In this document: in pieces, positions 47,891 to 57,481 of the stretch | Position numbering within the stretch: the stretch's first letter is position 1 | Layout: every line of letters begins with the position of its first letter | From: a virus | Virus record (IMG/VR): IMGVR_UViG_3300028399_000005 | Location: 19,943 to 83,942 of that record | Strand: one strand, 5' to 3' | Length of the DNA stretch: 64,000 bases | Made by a program: the position numbers and the translations under genes | Notes under the pieces: generated by a model | Database searches by the model: none | What the model was told of the DNA's origin: nothing | Seen by the model: the letters and a program-made list of their open reading frames with translations, nothing else

Positions 47891-49318
47891 TTAGTTATAC
47901 ATTAAGGCGGTCTCTATCCGCCCCGAGATCGAGACTGGCCCGTCAGCGTAAGTTGCTCGTAGGTAGAGTTCGATCTTGAACGTCCCGTCGCCGAAGGAGA
48001 CGTTGTTGAAGAACTCGTCGTAAAGCCCCGTTGCGCTCACGCTCTTGTAGCCCGAGTCATAGACGTTCGACCCGCTCGTGATGACGACTCGGTACTCTGT
48101 CGTTCCGCCCACGGCGTCCACGGCTGTGATGTTCACCCGAACCGTGATCCAGTAATCGCTCCGAGTGAAAACGGTTTGGAAAAGCCCCGTGGTGTTCACG
48201 ACGGCGACGCTTTGTACATCAGCACCGATCCCAGTGCTCTTCGAGGCGGTGATCGTCGACCCAGGCCCCATGAAGAGGATCGCTCGCCATTCTTGGACGG
48301 TCTTGCCCGAGCTATCGAGTGTTACGTCGCCGAGAAGGGACTTGTTCTTCCACTTCGATGTTGCGCCGTCGTAGAACAAGAGCTGGTTCGCCGAGGGCGA
48401 GGCAATGTCCACGTCTGGGTGGTCGGTGCTCGCAAGGTTGTGTTGCTGGTTGTGATGATCGTTCGCCCCGATCCCCGTGAGGCTCGAGTGAGCGACGGTT
48501 CCCGACCCATCGACGCCGTCGTGTGCGTGGGCTTTCGGATGATGGTCGTCCGTCCCAATGCCAGAAAGCGACGAGTGCGCTACTTTCTTCGAGTTCGTGC
48601 CGTCATGGTCGTGCCCGCCCACGGAGTCGAAGGACAGCTTGCTTTCGGCAATGCCTGCGGACGCGTTCACGTGCGAGTCCGAGATCGCCCCGCTTGCGAT
48701 CTTTGTCGAGTCCACTGCCCCGCTCGCAAGCTCGGCGTTGCCGACCGCCCCGCTCGCTATCTTCGTGGCGTCCACGGCGTCGTTCGCGATCTTTGCCGTC
48801 GTTACGGCGCCGTCGGCGATCGCTGACGTCCTTACCGCGCTTGCCTTGATCCGTTCCGCCACGATCGTGGACATGAAGATCCTACAGTCTCGAATGTCGG
48901 ACGACGAGATAGAAGTCGTTGTCGGCGTGAGAAGGATCGTTGCGAGCAAGACGGTGTTCTCGGGAAGGTCTGGGGGGACGGGGTTTGCCGACTCCGTGCC
49001 TTGGATCACCGCGCCGTTCGGGTTCGTGCTGTTTATCACGATGATGTCGTATCGGTTGTCCGTGGTCGGCGCCGTGAGCGTGAGCTGTTGCTGTGTTGTG
49101 ATTTCGAGCACCGTCCCGTCGGCGAGCTGGGCTTTCCCCGTGCCGATAAGGACGGTCATGTCCGCTGGGCTGTTCGGCGAGACGGCGAGCTCGTTCGCAT
49201 AGCCGTAGATGACGCCGTTCCCATAGTTTCGGGCGAGCATGGCGTTTATGTACGCGTCCATGACGACGTCGTCCCTATCGTATTCGAAGCCCTTTGTCCA
49301 AAGCGTTCCCGTAGGCAT
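47891..49318 (-). CDS. tail fibre/baseplate-upper protein
   Basis: RYDIIVI, PVPPDLP..VLLATI, DCRIF N-terminal domain; 10-aa repeats (DGAVTTAKIA); HxH metal knots. Confidence 0.78.
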   Translation of the reverse strand: MPTGTLWTKGFEYDRDDVVMDAYINAMLARNYGNGVIYGYANELAVSPNSPADMTVLIGTGKAQLADGTVLEITTQQQLTLTAPTTDNRYDIIVINSTNPNGAVIQGTESANPVPPDLPENTVLLATILLTPTTTSISSSDIRDCRIFMSTIVAERIKASAVRTSAIADGAVTTAKIANDAVDATKIASGAVGNAELASGAVDSTKIASGAISDSHVNASAGIAESKLSFDSVGGHDHDGTNSKKVAHSSLSGIGTDDHHPKAHAHDGVDGSGTVAHSSLTGIGANDHHNQQHNLASTDHPDVDIASPSANQLLFYDGATSKWKNKSLLGDVTLDSSGKTVQEWRAILFMGPGSTITASKSTGIGADVQSVAVVNTTGLFQTVFTRSDYWITVRVNITAVDAVGGTTEYRVVITSGSNVYDSGYKSVSATGLYDEFFNNVSFGDGTFKIELYLRATYADGPVSISGRIETALMYN

Positions 49319-49320
49319 TG

Positions 49321-49494
49321 CTACTCATCTCCGTTCTTGTCGCTGTTGCAGGCGTGAGGCTCTATTCTCAACATGATCTTTTTCGAACCGAGATAGTTTA
49401 GTCCTTCTCGGATGTGCAAGTTTGCGTTGCATTGCTCGCATTTTGCGAATATTTCTACCCGTATTTCGGTCTTTTTCTCCAATGAGAACATCAT
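49321..49494 (-). CDS. small CxxC protein
   Basis: CEQC and HAC motifs; overlaps the upstream stop. Confidence 0.45.
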   Translation of the reverse strand: MMFSLEKKTEIRVEIFAKCEQCNANLHIREGLNYLGSKKIMLRIEPHACNSDKNGDE

Positions 49495-49622
49495 GTGAAC
49501 CACCTTTCCACTGCGAGTCTGAACAAGACGTAGAGCAACGCTATCATTACCGCCGAGGCAAAAATCGGCGTTAGCTCGTTGAAATCGTCTTGCCAGCTTT
49601 CTTTTTTGTTGCTTTCTTTCAT
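49491..49622 (-). CDS. 43-aa single-TM peptide, not in ORF track
   Basis: MKESNKKESWQDDFNELTPIFASAVMIALLYVLFRLAVERWFT; GGTGG SD. Confidence 0.5.
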   Translation of the reverse strand: MKESNKKESWQDDFNELTPIFASAVMIALLYVLFRLAVERWFT

Positions 49623-49630
49623 GAAACCAC

Positions 49631-51205
49631 CTATTTGTTTTCGAACTTGATCGTGATCGTGAGGCGCAGTTCCTCACTGCTCGATTTCACGAGGTCGGCG
49701 ATCACCGCCCTGGCGATCATTGTTCCCGAACCGCCCGTTGTCGAGTTGAAAAGACCGACTTCTCGCAGAGTGCCGACGCCTTCGCTCGCAAGGAGCGTCG
49801 AGACGTACTTTACTTCCCCAGCGGTCGCCGTCGCTTGCGGGTAGCCCGCGTCGAGGGCTTTACGTGCGATCTCGTTCCCGAGCGCCGTGTCCGTTTGTTG
49901 CACGGGGGTGTTGTTGTCCCCCACGGCGATAGCGTTCGGCTCCGTGGGCGGGGTGAGATTTGCGAACCGATCGCGGATCAAGTTCAAGCCAGTATCTACT
50001 ATTGTCATGCTATACACACCTACTTGTTCGAAGTTTGTTTGCACGAGGTTCTCGATCTTGGCGCTCTCTATCAAGAAGTTCGTTTCTATGAGGGAAGCGC
50101 CAGAGACCGTCCGTCGCTCGATCGTGAGTGTAGCGCTCACGGCGACGGTCTCGAGGACGTCTTCGAGTTTCGTCGGGGTAACGCTCGAATCTCTGTCCCG
50201 TGCGTCCACGCTCGAGAGACGCTCGATTTCTTGGGCGAGGATGTCCGCAACGCTCATGGACAGCTCCGCCATTTCGAGCACGGTCGTGAACGGCGAGAAG
50301 TAGTGCTTCGTGGCGATGATTAAGTATTGAGCGTTCGAGATCCCCTCGCTCGCCACGGTTACGCGGACGATCTGCCCAGGCTTTAAGTCCTCGTAGCCGA
50401 GCAGTTTCACGACGCCCCGCTCAATGGGGTTCTTTGTCTTGCGGAGCTCGTAGTCCGCCCGTTGGATCGCTTCGTCGATCGTCTCTATCGAAGGGTCTCG
50501 AATCTCGTACTCGATGGCGCCGTATTTTGCCACGCTGTCCCCGTCCCGCCTCACGATGTAGATCCCGCCCGACCCGTCTGGTTGCTTCGGCTTTCCAAAA
50601 ACGTGGATGACGTTCTTCATGCGCGTTCCGTCGCTCGGAAACTCGTAGCCGATGAACCCCGCCGTGGTGCCGTAGATAAGCGTCTTCCCGCTGTCGGAGT
50701 ACCCCTCGGGTTCGAAGTGTAGGTCTTTGTTCTCGTCGACGTACCACGTGTAGCCCTCGGATTTGGCAAGCCTTTTGATAGCGCTCGCCACGCTCTCGCC
50801 TTGGATTGTAAACGTCGAATAGACGAAGCTCGTTGCCTGGACGTTCGTTGCGGTGAGCTCTGGGACGTAGTTCGTGATGAGGTCTTGCACGATCTGCGAA
50901 GCGGTCTGGGACGAATATGTCTTCGTTACGAGGCGGGAAAAAACGAGCGCCGAGTAGTCCCTTCCCTCGAGCAAGATGATCTTGTTTTCTTGCTTCGAGA
51001 AACGTTCGAGAAAGCCCCGAATGATCGTCGTGCCGTTCCGTTCGAGCTTAATGTCGTCCTTATAAGCGAGCGAAGAAAAAAGCGTCCCGTCCGTGTCGAT
51101 GACGACGATTTTGAACTCGCCCATGCCGTTCGTTACGATTTTGCGCACTTCGAACGAGTCGATCCGTCCTTTTGCCACGGAGTTGATGTAGAGCGTCAAT
51201 ACCAT
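49631..51205 (-). CDS. baseplate hub / tail tip protein
   Basis: LEGRDY, WYVDENKDLHF, SVAKYG, LKPGQIVRV; C-terminal IAVG...TALGNE..LREVGLFN domain. Confidence 0.78.
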   Translation of the reverse strand: MVLTLYINSVAKGRIDSFEVRKIVTNGMGEFKIVVIDTDGTLFSSLAYKDDIKLERNGTTIIRGFLERFSKQENKIILLEGRDYSALVFSRLVTKTYSSQTASQIVQDLITNYVPELTATNVQATSFVYSTFTIQGESVASAIKRLAKSEGYTWYVDENKDLHFEPEGYSDSGKTLIYGTTAGFIGYEFPSDGTRMKNVIHVFGKPKQPDGSGGIYIVRRDGDSVAKYGAIEYEIRDPSIETIDEAIQRADYELRKTKNPIERGVVKLLGYEDLKPGQIVRVTVASEGISNAQYLIIATKHYFSPFTTVLEMAELSMSVADILAQEIERLSSVDARDRDSSVTPTKLEDVLETVAVSATLTIERRTVSGASLIETNFLIESAKIENLVQTNFEQVGVYSMTIVDTGLNLIRDRFANLTPPTEPNAIAVGDNNTPVQQTDTALGNEIARKALDAGYPQATATAGEVKYVSTLLASEGVGTLREVGLFNSTTGGSGTMIARAVIADLVKSSSEELRLTITIKFENK

Positions 51206-51222
51206 TGTTTTTTCTCACCCGT

Positions 51223-51663
51223 TTACGGCGGTAGTGTGCCGATCTTGAAACCGAGCTGGAAATAGACCTCATCGGTCATTCCTTCGCCCATGTCGAACGT
51301 TATTTTCCCGACAACGCCTTGGAACGTCCTCGTAACGTCGGGAAATTGAAGTTCAAGGCTCATGAGCCCGTCGTCCTCAGTCCCACGATATTTATGCAAG
51401 TTGCTTATGAGCGTGAATACTTGTTGTTGCACGGGCGTGATTCCCAACCCGTCGTAGTCGCCCGTCTTCATGTAGCCCTCGATTTGAAGAGTCTCGACAG
51501 ATCGCCCGACCGATATAACCATGGCGTTGTTAGCCCCAGGATTCGGTGTTTGTTTCACATCGATGTCTATAGTCGGCTTGACGAGTTTTATTGTATTGAA
51601 GTAAGCTGTGTACTGCCCGCCAGAGAATGAGAACGTCAGTTTTCCTCTGTATTCATCTACCAT
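51223..51663 (-). CDS. distal tail (Dit-like) protein
   Basis: Beta-rich protein located between tape measure and hub. Confidence 0.6.
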   Translation of the reverse strand: MVDEYRGKLTFSFSGGQYTAYFNTIKLVKPTIDIDVKQTPNPGANNAMVISVGRSVETLQIEGYMKTGDYDGLGITPVQQQVFTLISNLHKYRGTEDDGLMSLELQFPDVTRTFQGVVGKITFDMGEGMTDEVYFQLGFKIGTLPP

Positions 51664-51664
51664 C

Positions 51665-52999
51665 TCAGAACACCCCTATTCTGCCACGAAGACTATCGGT
51701 GATTCGGCGGACGACTTCTTCGGCGATCAGATCAATTTGCGACGCACCAGAGACGTTGAACTCGAACGGGAACGAAATATTGTTCGTGATCGTCGTCTGA
51801 GAGAGATTAGCGCCTGGGGTCTGGCTTATGAGCGGTGTCGCCACTACTTGCGCCATAGAGCCCGTGAGATCCTCGAAACGGCGAGAAAACCCGCCAGCGT
51901 ATTGCTCAGCCATGTGCTTGCCCCATGTCGGGATCTCGCGCAGAGGCCCTTCCTTCGGAAGCGAGAAACCTAAGACGTCTTCGATTTTTTCAGCGACGTC
52001 TTTTGCCGTTTCTTTTGCTTTGTCCGCCATTTGCTTGATGCCCTCGATGAACTGTTCGATCAAATGTTTTCCCCATTCGAGCGCGCTGTCTGCCAAGTCT
52101 TTAAAAATGTCAGCGATGCCCTTTGCTACCGTTTTTATGGCGTCGACTATTTTCGACCCTATTGTCGTGCCGATCTCGAGAAGGCCGTTCCAAAAAGTGT
52201 ACCAACCTTGAGCTACGGTGTCGCTCAGCCAGACGATCGCCTTCCAGATCCCTTTGAGGAACGCCCAGAACGCCTTGGTGAAAGCGTCTCGCCACTTGAG
52301 GTATGTAGTGATGATTGTGGAAAGCGCCTTTCCTACTCTATCGGCGACCCACTCCATTTCGTCGCCGAAGTTCTTCGAGAACCATTTTGTGATCTTATCC
52401 CAGTTCTTGATGACTAAGATCACGACGAGGATGACGGCTATGATCCCGAGGATTATGAGGATCACGGGGGCGCCAGCGATGGTAACCCCGAGGAGCGCTG
52501 TTGCGACGCTTGAGAGGTAGCCAGCCAGAGCGATGAGCCCTGGGCCGAGGACGACGATAACCGACCATAACGAGCCGAACAGTGAAATCATTAGCGACAA
52601 GAGCGGTAGCACGATGATGAGCACCGCGATGAAGGTCTGGACGGGCTTCGGTAGTTTTTGGAACACATCGACCATGATCGTTACTACTTCAACGAGCACT
52701 TTGAAAATAGGCACGAGACGATCTCCGAGCGTGCGGGCGAGCTCTTCGAACTGGACGCCCATGAGCTGTAGCTGGGCGTTGAGCCCTGGACTCGCTATCG
52801 CCATTGCAAAGAACGCCCCCGTTGCCACGAACGCAACGGTTCTGAAAACATCCATGGCTCGCTCCTTGTATTTTTTGAGGGCTTTGTCGTTTTTGCGGAT
52901 CTCTTTGTAATTCGCAATGAGAGCGTCCTTTGCTTTCCGCATGCTTGCGAGGAACCCGCTCGTGATCGCCTGTAGCTTCGCTTGTAGTAGGAATACCAT
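51665..52999 (-). CDS. tape measure protein
   Basis: Hydrophobic segments, KNWDKI, periodic W/F, PKEGPL motif; follows the chaperone genes. Confidence 0.82.
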   Translation of the reverse strand: MVFLLQAKLQAITSGFLASMRKAKDALIANYKEIRKNDKALKKYKERAMDVFRTVAFVATGAFFAMAIASPGLNAQLQLMGVQFEELARTLGDRLVPIFKVLVEVVTIMVDVFQKLPKPVQTFIAVLIIVLPLLSLMISLFGSLWSVIVVLGPGLIALAGYLSSVATALLGVTIAGAPVILIILGIIAVILVVILVIKNWDKITKWFSKNFGDEMEWVADRVGKALSTIITTYLKWRDAFTKAFWAFLKGIWKAIVWLSDTVAQGWYTFWNGLLEIGTTIGSKIVDAIKTVAKGIADIFKDLADSALEWGKHLIEQFIEGIKQMADKAKETAKDVAEKIEDVLGFSLPKEGPLREIPTWGKHMAEQYAGGFSRRFEDLTGSMAQVVATPLISQTPGANLSQTTITNNISFPFEFNVSGASQIDLIAEEVVRRITDSLRGRIGVF

Positions 53000-53001
53000 T
53001 T

Positions 53002-53627
53002 TTAGATACCTCTGTGTTTCGCGTGGCTTGCTTGCTCTTGTAGTGCCTTCGCCTCGCCCCGCATGATGGCGAGCATAATTTGCACGTCGTCCACGGGCAA
53101 TTCGTCGACTTGCGCATACGTAAGCCCGTAACGTCGAGCGATCTGGTCTCGCCGAATGAGGTACGAGATGTACCTATTTTGTTGCGAGTCCTTGAGCGAG
53201 GCTTTGGATCTTGCAGAGAGCACGTAAGCCACCGTTTCTATTTTTTTTCGAGTTCTCCTCTGATCTCGGGAAGCATTTCTTGGAAGAGCATTTCCGCCAC
53301 GATCGGATCAAGCATCTCGACGTATTCGTCGTCCACTTGCACGCCGTCTGGCGTTCGGACGATGTTCTTGCGGAGCTGGCGCTCCATGAAGGCGATGAAC
53401 TTCTTCGCGTCGACGGCTCCTTGTAGGATGCCTTGCTCGAGCTTCGTGCTGTCCTTGACGACGTCGAACATGAACTCGTTGAAGTCCTTCCAGTTCATTG
53501 TCTTGACGATCCACTCGTGCTTGACGCCATCGATTTCGACGATGGCTTTCTTGAGGCGCCCTCGAGCGCCGATAAAATTCTTGGTCTGCTCGGGGGCGGG
53601 ACGGGGTTGTGTTGCTTCTACTGTCAT
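53002..53627 (-). CDS. tail assembly chaperone pair (G 53238-53627; GT via -1 frameshift to 53002)
   Basis: GAA AAA AAA TAG at 53249-53238; downstream ORF lies in the -1 frame; located between tail tube and TMP. Confidence 0.78.
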
Positions 53628-53638
53628 GTTTTGATCAC

Positions 53639-54565
53639 CTACCAGGCGGTTGAGACGTTGTTCGTAACGACGACGGTCGGCAGTCCTTCGGGGATGAACT
53701 CGAGCTCGAAATTGAATAAGTCCGTATCGATCGAATATTCAATTGGGAGCTCTGCGAGCTTAACCTTCGAGTACGTGATGACGACTTTTTCGTTAGCAGA
53801 TTTTTGCAAAGTCAGAACGAGGGGCACGGCGCTCTCGTTCGTGAAAATGTCGAGGATGTCCACGCCTTCGTTGCGGATCGTCAGCTTGATTCGGTCGTCG
53901 ATCTTTTTCGCTCGATAATTAAGTGGCTTCTTCGAACTTATCCCGCGCAGAGGTTCAAGCGCCCGAGAAACAGTCCATTCGAAGCTCTGCACTCGGTCGC
54001 CTATGTCGACGGAATTAAGCGACAGAGAAGAGCTATGCAAGATATACGGCTCGGTCGAGTCATCGGATTGAATCGTTGCGGGCGTCGTATTCTTGGTCTG
54101 GTCGTTACCGAACATTGTTAGAGTGGCGACAATTGGTGCGTTGAGTTCGCCACTTAGTGTCAAAACGTCGACTTTGCACCCCGTAACAATTATCGAGTAG
54201 ATCGAGGGGTCGATGATCCCTTCGAGCGTCATCGACGGGGGGTCAGCGAGCCAGTCCAGTGTATGCGTGTATGGCCCAGTTCCCGAAACTGTGTCCTTTC
54301 CGAGGACGTATTTCAAGAAGCGCCAATTTTGGACTTCGAATTCTGCTTCCACCGTGTGTTGTTCTTTTGTGAGCGAGACGAACTTTCTCGCCTTGCTCGC
54401 CACGCCTGCACCGATGGAATATCCCTCGATCGCTTCTTTCTTCAAAGAGATCGATGCTCGTTGCAGAGCGCCGAGGGAAAAGTCCCCCGTTCCAGGGTCT
54501 GTTCCGTAGGCGCTTTCTTCTCGTGCGTTCAAACCGCCGATTTCGGGGTCTATAATGGTTACCAT
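53639..54565 (-). CDS. major tail tube protein
   Basis: EESAYGTDP, GPYTHTL, PSMTLE, TGCKVDVLTLS motifs. Confidence 0.82.
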   Translation of the reverse strand: MVTIIDPEIGGLNAREESAYGTDPGTGDFSLGALQRASISLKKEAIEGYSIGAGVASKARKFVSLTKEQHTVEAEFEVQNWRFLKYVLGKDTVSGTGPYTHTLDWLADPPSMTLEGIIDPSIYSIIVTGCKVDVLTLSGELNAPIVATLTMFGNDQTKNTTPATIQSDDSTEPYILHSSSLSLNSVDIGDRVQSFEWTVSRALEPLRGISSKKPLNYRAKKIDDRIKLTIRNEGVDILDIFTNESAVPLVLTLQKSANEKVVITYSKVKLAELPIEYSIDTDLFNFELEFIPEGLPTVVVTNNVSTAW

Positions 54566-54590
54566 TCAATCACCTTGTCATTTTTTTGTT

Positions 54591-55076
54591 TCATGAAACA
54601 TATACCTTGAAAAACGCTTGGACGGTGCGCATGCGGATCTTCGTTCCCGCCACTTCCATCTTTCGGGTGGTCGTAACGCCACGGATGAAAGAAGCGGTCG
54701 GGTGCATGCCCCAAGAAATGAGTGCGTTTTTTTGCGAGCGCAAGGCCTTGAGCACGTCTTGGGTAACAGTGTCGAGCTGTGGGGCTGTTTTCGCAAGGAC
54801 GTGGATGTCTGCGAAAACGCTGTAGCCTGTCGGCTGGGTCGAACCGAGACCGATGGGTGCGCCGTTGTCGAGCAAGACTTCGACGACGAGCTGTGGCGGG
54901 TAGATCTCGGTGTCTGGGAAAACTGTGCTCACGAACTTTTTCTGCGCCGAAGAAGGTCTCGTCGCAGAGATCGGGTCTGAAACGTTTGCCTCGAGCAAGT
55001 ACGCCAGATTCTTGGTGATTTGAGAAATAAGATTAGTTTCATTTACGGCTCCTTGTTTGCCACTCCAAAGACTCAT
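54591..55076 (-). CDS. tail terminator-like protein
   Basis: FPDTEIYPPQLVV, DIHVLA; directly upstream of tail tube. Confidence 0.62.
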   Translation of the reverse strand: MSLWSGKQGAVNETNLISQITKNLAYLLEANVSDPISATRPSSAQKKFVSTVFPDTEIYPPQLVVEVLLDNGAPIGLGSTQPTGYSVFADIHVLAKTAPQLDTVTQDVLKALRSQKNALISWGMHPTASFIRGVTTTRKMEVAGTKIRMRTVQAFFKVYVS

Positions 55077-55084
55077 TTCTGTTC

Positions 55085-55133
55085 AACCGTCGCAAGGTTT
55101 TTCGAGTGATCGCCACGCCGTCGCAAGGCGTGG
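55085..55133 (-). promoter_or_regulatory. twin hairpins with identical UUGCGAC loops in the tail-operon 5' UTR
   Basis: CCACGCC-TTGCGAC-GGCGTGG and AACC-TTGCGAC-GGTT on the minus strand. Confidence 0.6.
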
Positions 55134-55310
55134 TCTTTGTTCTCAAAAAAAGAAAGGGGGGTAAGCTATTTAAAACAGTTTTTCTTTTATCGGTCAGATT
55201 CTTCGCCTATCGTTCCGAGAAACTACCCGCCTCGGTGTTGTTCGAATGAAGAAATAAAAAGAAATACTATGACGGTGATCGAGGAATAGAAGCGAAAACG
55301 TGATCAGAAA

Positions 55311-55595
55311 ATGGTAGAAATACTGCAGTGCGTTGTTTTTCGGGTGCTTGAGAGCAACCTACAAGACGAGATCAACTCGCGAATAATCGAAATCTGCGAC
55401 GAGCACGGCTTTGGGCACGAAGGGATCAAACAAGTGCAGATAGTTCCCGTGCAAAACTCGCAGGCGTTGCAACCAGAAATAGTCTTCGACCCAGAAGTGG
55501 AACTCGAGCAAGAATACCTCGTAGCGATCTACTACGTCGTGCCCGCGATGATCACGAGAAACAAAACAACAAGTACTACCCAACCATCCCAATGA
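55311..55595 (+). CDS. hypothetical protein
   Basis: ORF with genome-like codon usage. Confidence 0.5.
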   Translation: MVEILQCVVFRVLESNLQDEINSRIIEICDEHGFGHEGIKQVQIVPVQNSQALQPEIVFDPEVELEQEYLVAIYYVVPAMITRNKTTSTTQPSQ

Positions 55596-55905
55596 TGGCT
55601 ATTTTTGCTGACGACCCCGACGCGCCCCCTTGTCCGAAGAGCTTCATTCTCTTCCAGACGGCACCAGAATACGTGAGGCGCACCGTGGCGTTAGCGCCCA
55701 CGGAACCAGTGTCGTAATTCTCGAAAACAGCGGAATCGTCGATCGACACTTGCACCTCGTAGGTGAGCGTGTCGGCGGTCAGATTCACGATCACGATTTC
55801 CACGGCGTAGCAGTGCCCTGTCTCGACCCATGCGGGAGTGATCGCTCCCTTCGTTGCGGGAAACGTCGCATTAGTGTTAGTGAACAGAACGGTTGATTTC
55901 TTCAT
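55576..55905 (-). CDS. small beta-rich protein, possibly virion-associated
   Basis: Composition and position among structural genes. Confidence 0.55.
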   Translation of the reverse strand: MKKSTVLFTNTNATFPATKGAITPAWVETGHCYAVEIVIVNLTADTLTYEVQVSIDDSAVFENYDTGSVGANATVRLTYSGAVWKRMKLFGQGGASGSSAKIAIIGMVG

Positions 55906-55948
55906 TGTTCTTATTTTGAGGGGCGATATTAAAAAAGGTTTTAGCTAC

Positions 55949-56578
55949 TTAGCTAAATAATTCGTTACTGCTGATGATCGGCGGGGGCACATAGAGATCG
56001 CAAGTATCGATTTCTACGTCGAGTCTCAAGCATGCCTTGTACGTTGAGTAGCTCCCAGCGAACGGGTCTAAGACCTTCGTCGCTCGGCAGAAGCGGAGAA
56101 GCTTCGTGATGAGGCTCACTGGTTTTGCAAGGGCGATTTCTCCCTTAGGGGGGTCATGCTCCTCGGTCTCGAACATGCCGATCTTTAGGTCTGGCTTCGC
56201 TCCGCCCCACGAATCTATCATGATGTATTCCGTGTTCCGCAAGATATAGCCACCGAGCCCCCCGTAGCTTCGACCCTTGTACCCGGCGTCCCATCGCTTG
56301 TTCGAGAATCTGATCCAGAAGCCTCTCGGGGCTCGCTTCTTGACGATTTCTCTTTCGAGCTCCTCAAGGTATTGTTTCGAGATCGTCAGGCGATAGATAA
56401 TATTAAAGGCATTCTTCCATCGGTAATTCGCTTTTTTCTTCGTATTAGACCCATAAATATCTACTTTGTTAGAGTAAATATTGTCCTCAGGCAAGTATGG
56501 CGGGTCAAAGATAATGCAGTCCCAGCCACCTTCGAGACGGCGGACGAACTCGAGGGCGTCTTCTTGAACGGCTATCAT
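55949..56578 (-). CDS. compact N6/N4 DNA methyltransferase
   Basis: CIIFDPPY, KPVSLITKLL, VLDPFAGS. Confidence 0.8.
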   Translation of the reverse strand: MIAVQEDALEFVRRLEGGWDCIIFDPPYLPEDNIYSNKVDIYGSNTKKKANYRWKNAFNIIYRLTISKQYLEELEREIVKKRAPRGFWIRFSNKRWDAGYKGRSYGGLGGYILRNTEYIMIDSWGGAKPDLKIGMFETEEHDPPKGEIALAKPVSLITKLLRFCRATKVLDPFAGSYSTYKACLRLDVEIDTCDLYVPPPIISSNELFS

Positions 56579-56644
56579 GTGGCAGAATAAAGCGTTTGAG
56601 TATTTATCTTGTTTTGCTCGTTATAATGCCCGAGAGCATAACTT

Positions 56645-57049
56645 CTACGTGAACGGGTTCCCCTCGGGGAGTTCTTGCAAGAACACTTTGTTGAGCGTCG
56701 CACGATCGACCAGAACGTCGTCCTTGTCGATCCTCACAACGCGATAGAACTTTCCGTCCCACTCGACGATGTCCCCGTCGACGCCTTCTCGAATGTCCGC
56801 AACGTCGGACGAGCGCATAAAGACAACCATGTACTCGGAGACGTCCGTGCCCTCGGGAGCGTCGTTTAGCTGGGGTTTGTCGCTCCGTCTTGCGCCGATA
56901 AACATCTTTCCGCTCGTCTGCGTCCACGTCGAATTTGCGAAGTCAATGTTGTTGTAGTCGTCGAGGACAATGGCTGACAGGCGATGAATCGTGATGCTCT
57001 TCCCTACCTTGTCGATGAAATTGTCCCAAGTAGGCTTTGGTAAACTCAT
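56645..57049 (-). CDS. head-closure (SPP1 gp16-like) protein
   Basis: GKSITIHR...GDIVEWDGKFYRV pattern. Confidence 0.6.
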   Translation of the reverse strand: MSLPKPTWDNFIDKVGKSITIHRLSAIVLDDYNNIDFANSTWTQTSGKMFIGARRSDKPQLNDAPEGTDVSEYMVVFMRSSDVADIREGVDGDIVEWDGKFYRVVRIDKDDVLVDRATLNKVFLQELPEGNPFT

Positions 57050-57135
57050 CGTTTACGATTATGCGCCGAGGCTTATTAATAGTTAGCTTCGAGCGGTAAA
57101 AAAGTGAGGCGGGGATTTGGCGAGGAAGAACGGGT

Positions 57136-57450
57136 CTAATCGAAAAAGTCTTCTGCTCCCTCGGTGCTCCTCTTGCGTTTTTTCCCATTCTTGTTCCCGA
57201 GGTGGTACTTCGTAGAGCCCGCAATGAAGGGTTGAGCGTCCCATTCGTTGCGTTCTCTTCGTAATGAGATGACGATTTGTTGCGTGATCGGGTCGAACTC
57301 GAGCTCGACGCTTTCTGGGCGTCCCATTTTTTCGAGCCATGCCCTGGGCAACGTTACGCCATTCACATTCCCAATAGCTATAATCTTTCGCACAACCACA
57401 GTATTCCTTAGTTGCGCTAATTTCTTAAACTTCTGTATCTCGCTGTCCAT
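57136..57450 (-). CDS. AbrB/MazE-like DNA-binding protein
   Basis: RKIIAIGNVNGVTLPRAWLEKMG..VELEF. Confidence 0.75.
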   Translation of the reverse strand: MDSEIQKFKKLAQLRNTVVVRKIIAIGNVNGVTLPRAWLEKMGRPESVELEFDPITQQIVISLRRERNEWDAQPFIAGSTKYHLGNKNGKKRKRSTEGAEDFFD

Positions 57451-57481
57451 TTTTTGTTCACCTTTTCTCCTTGCTTTGTTT

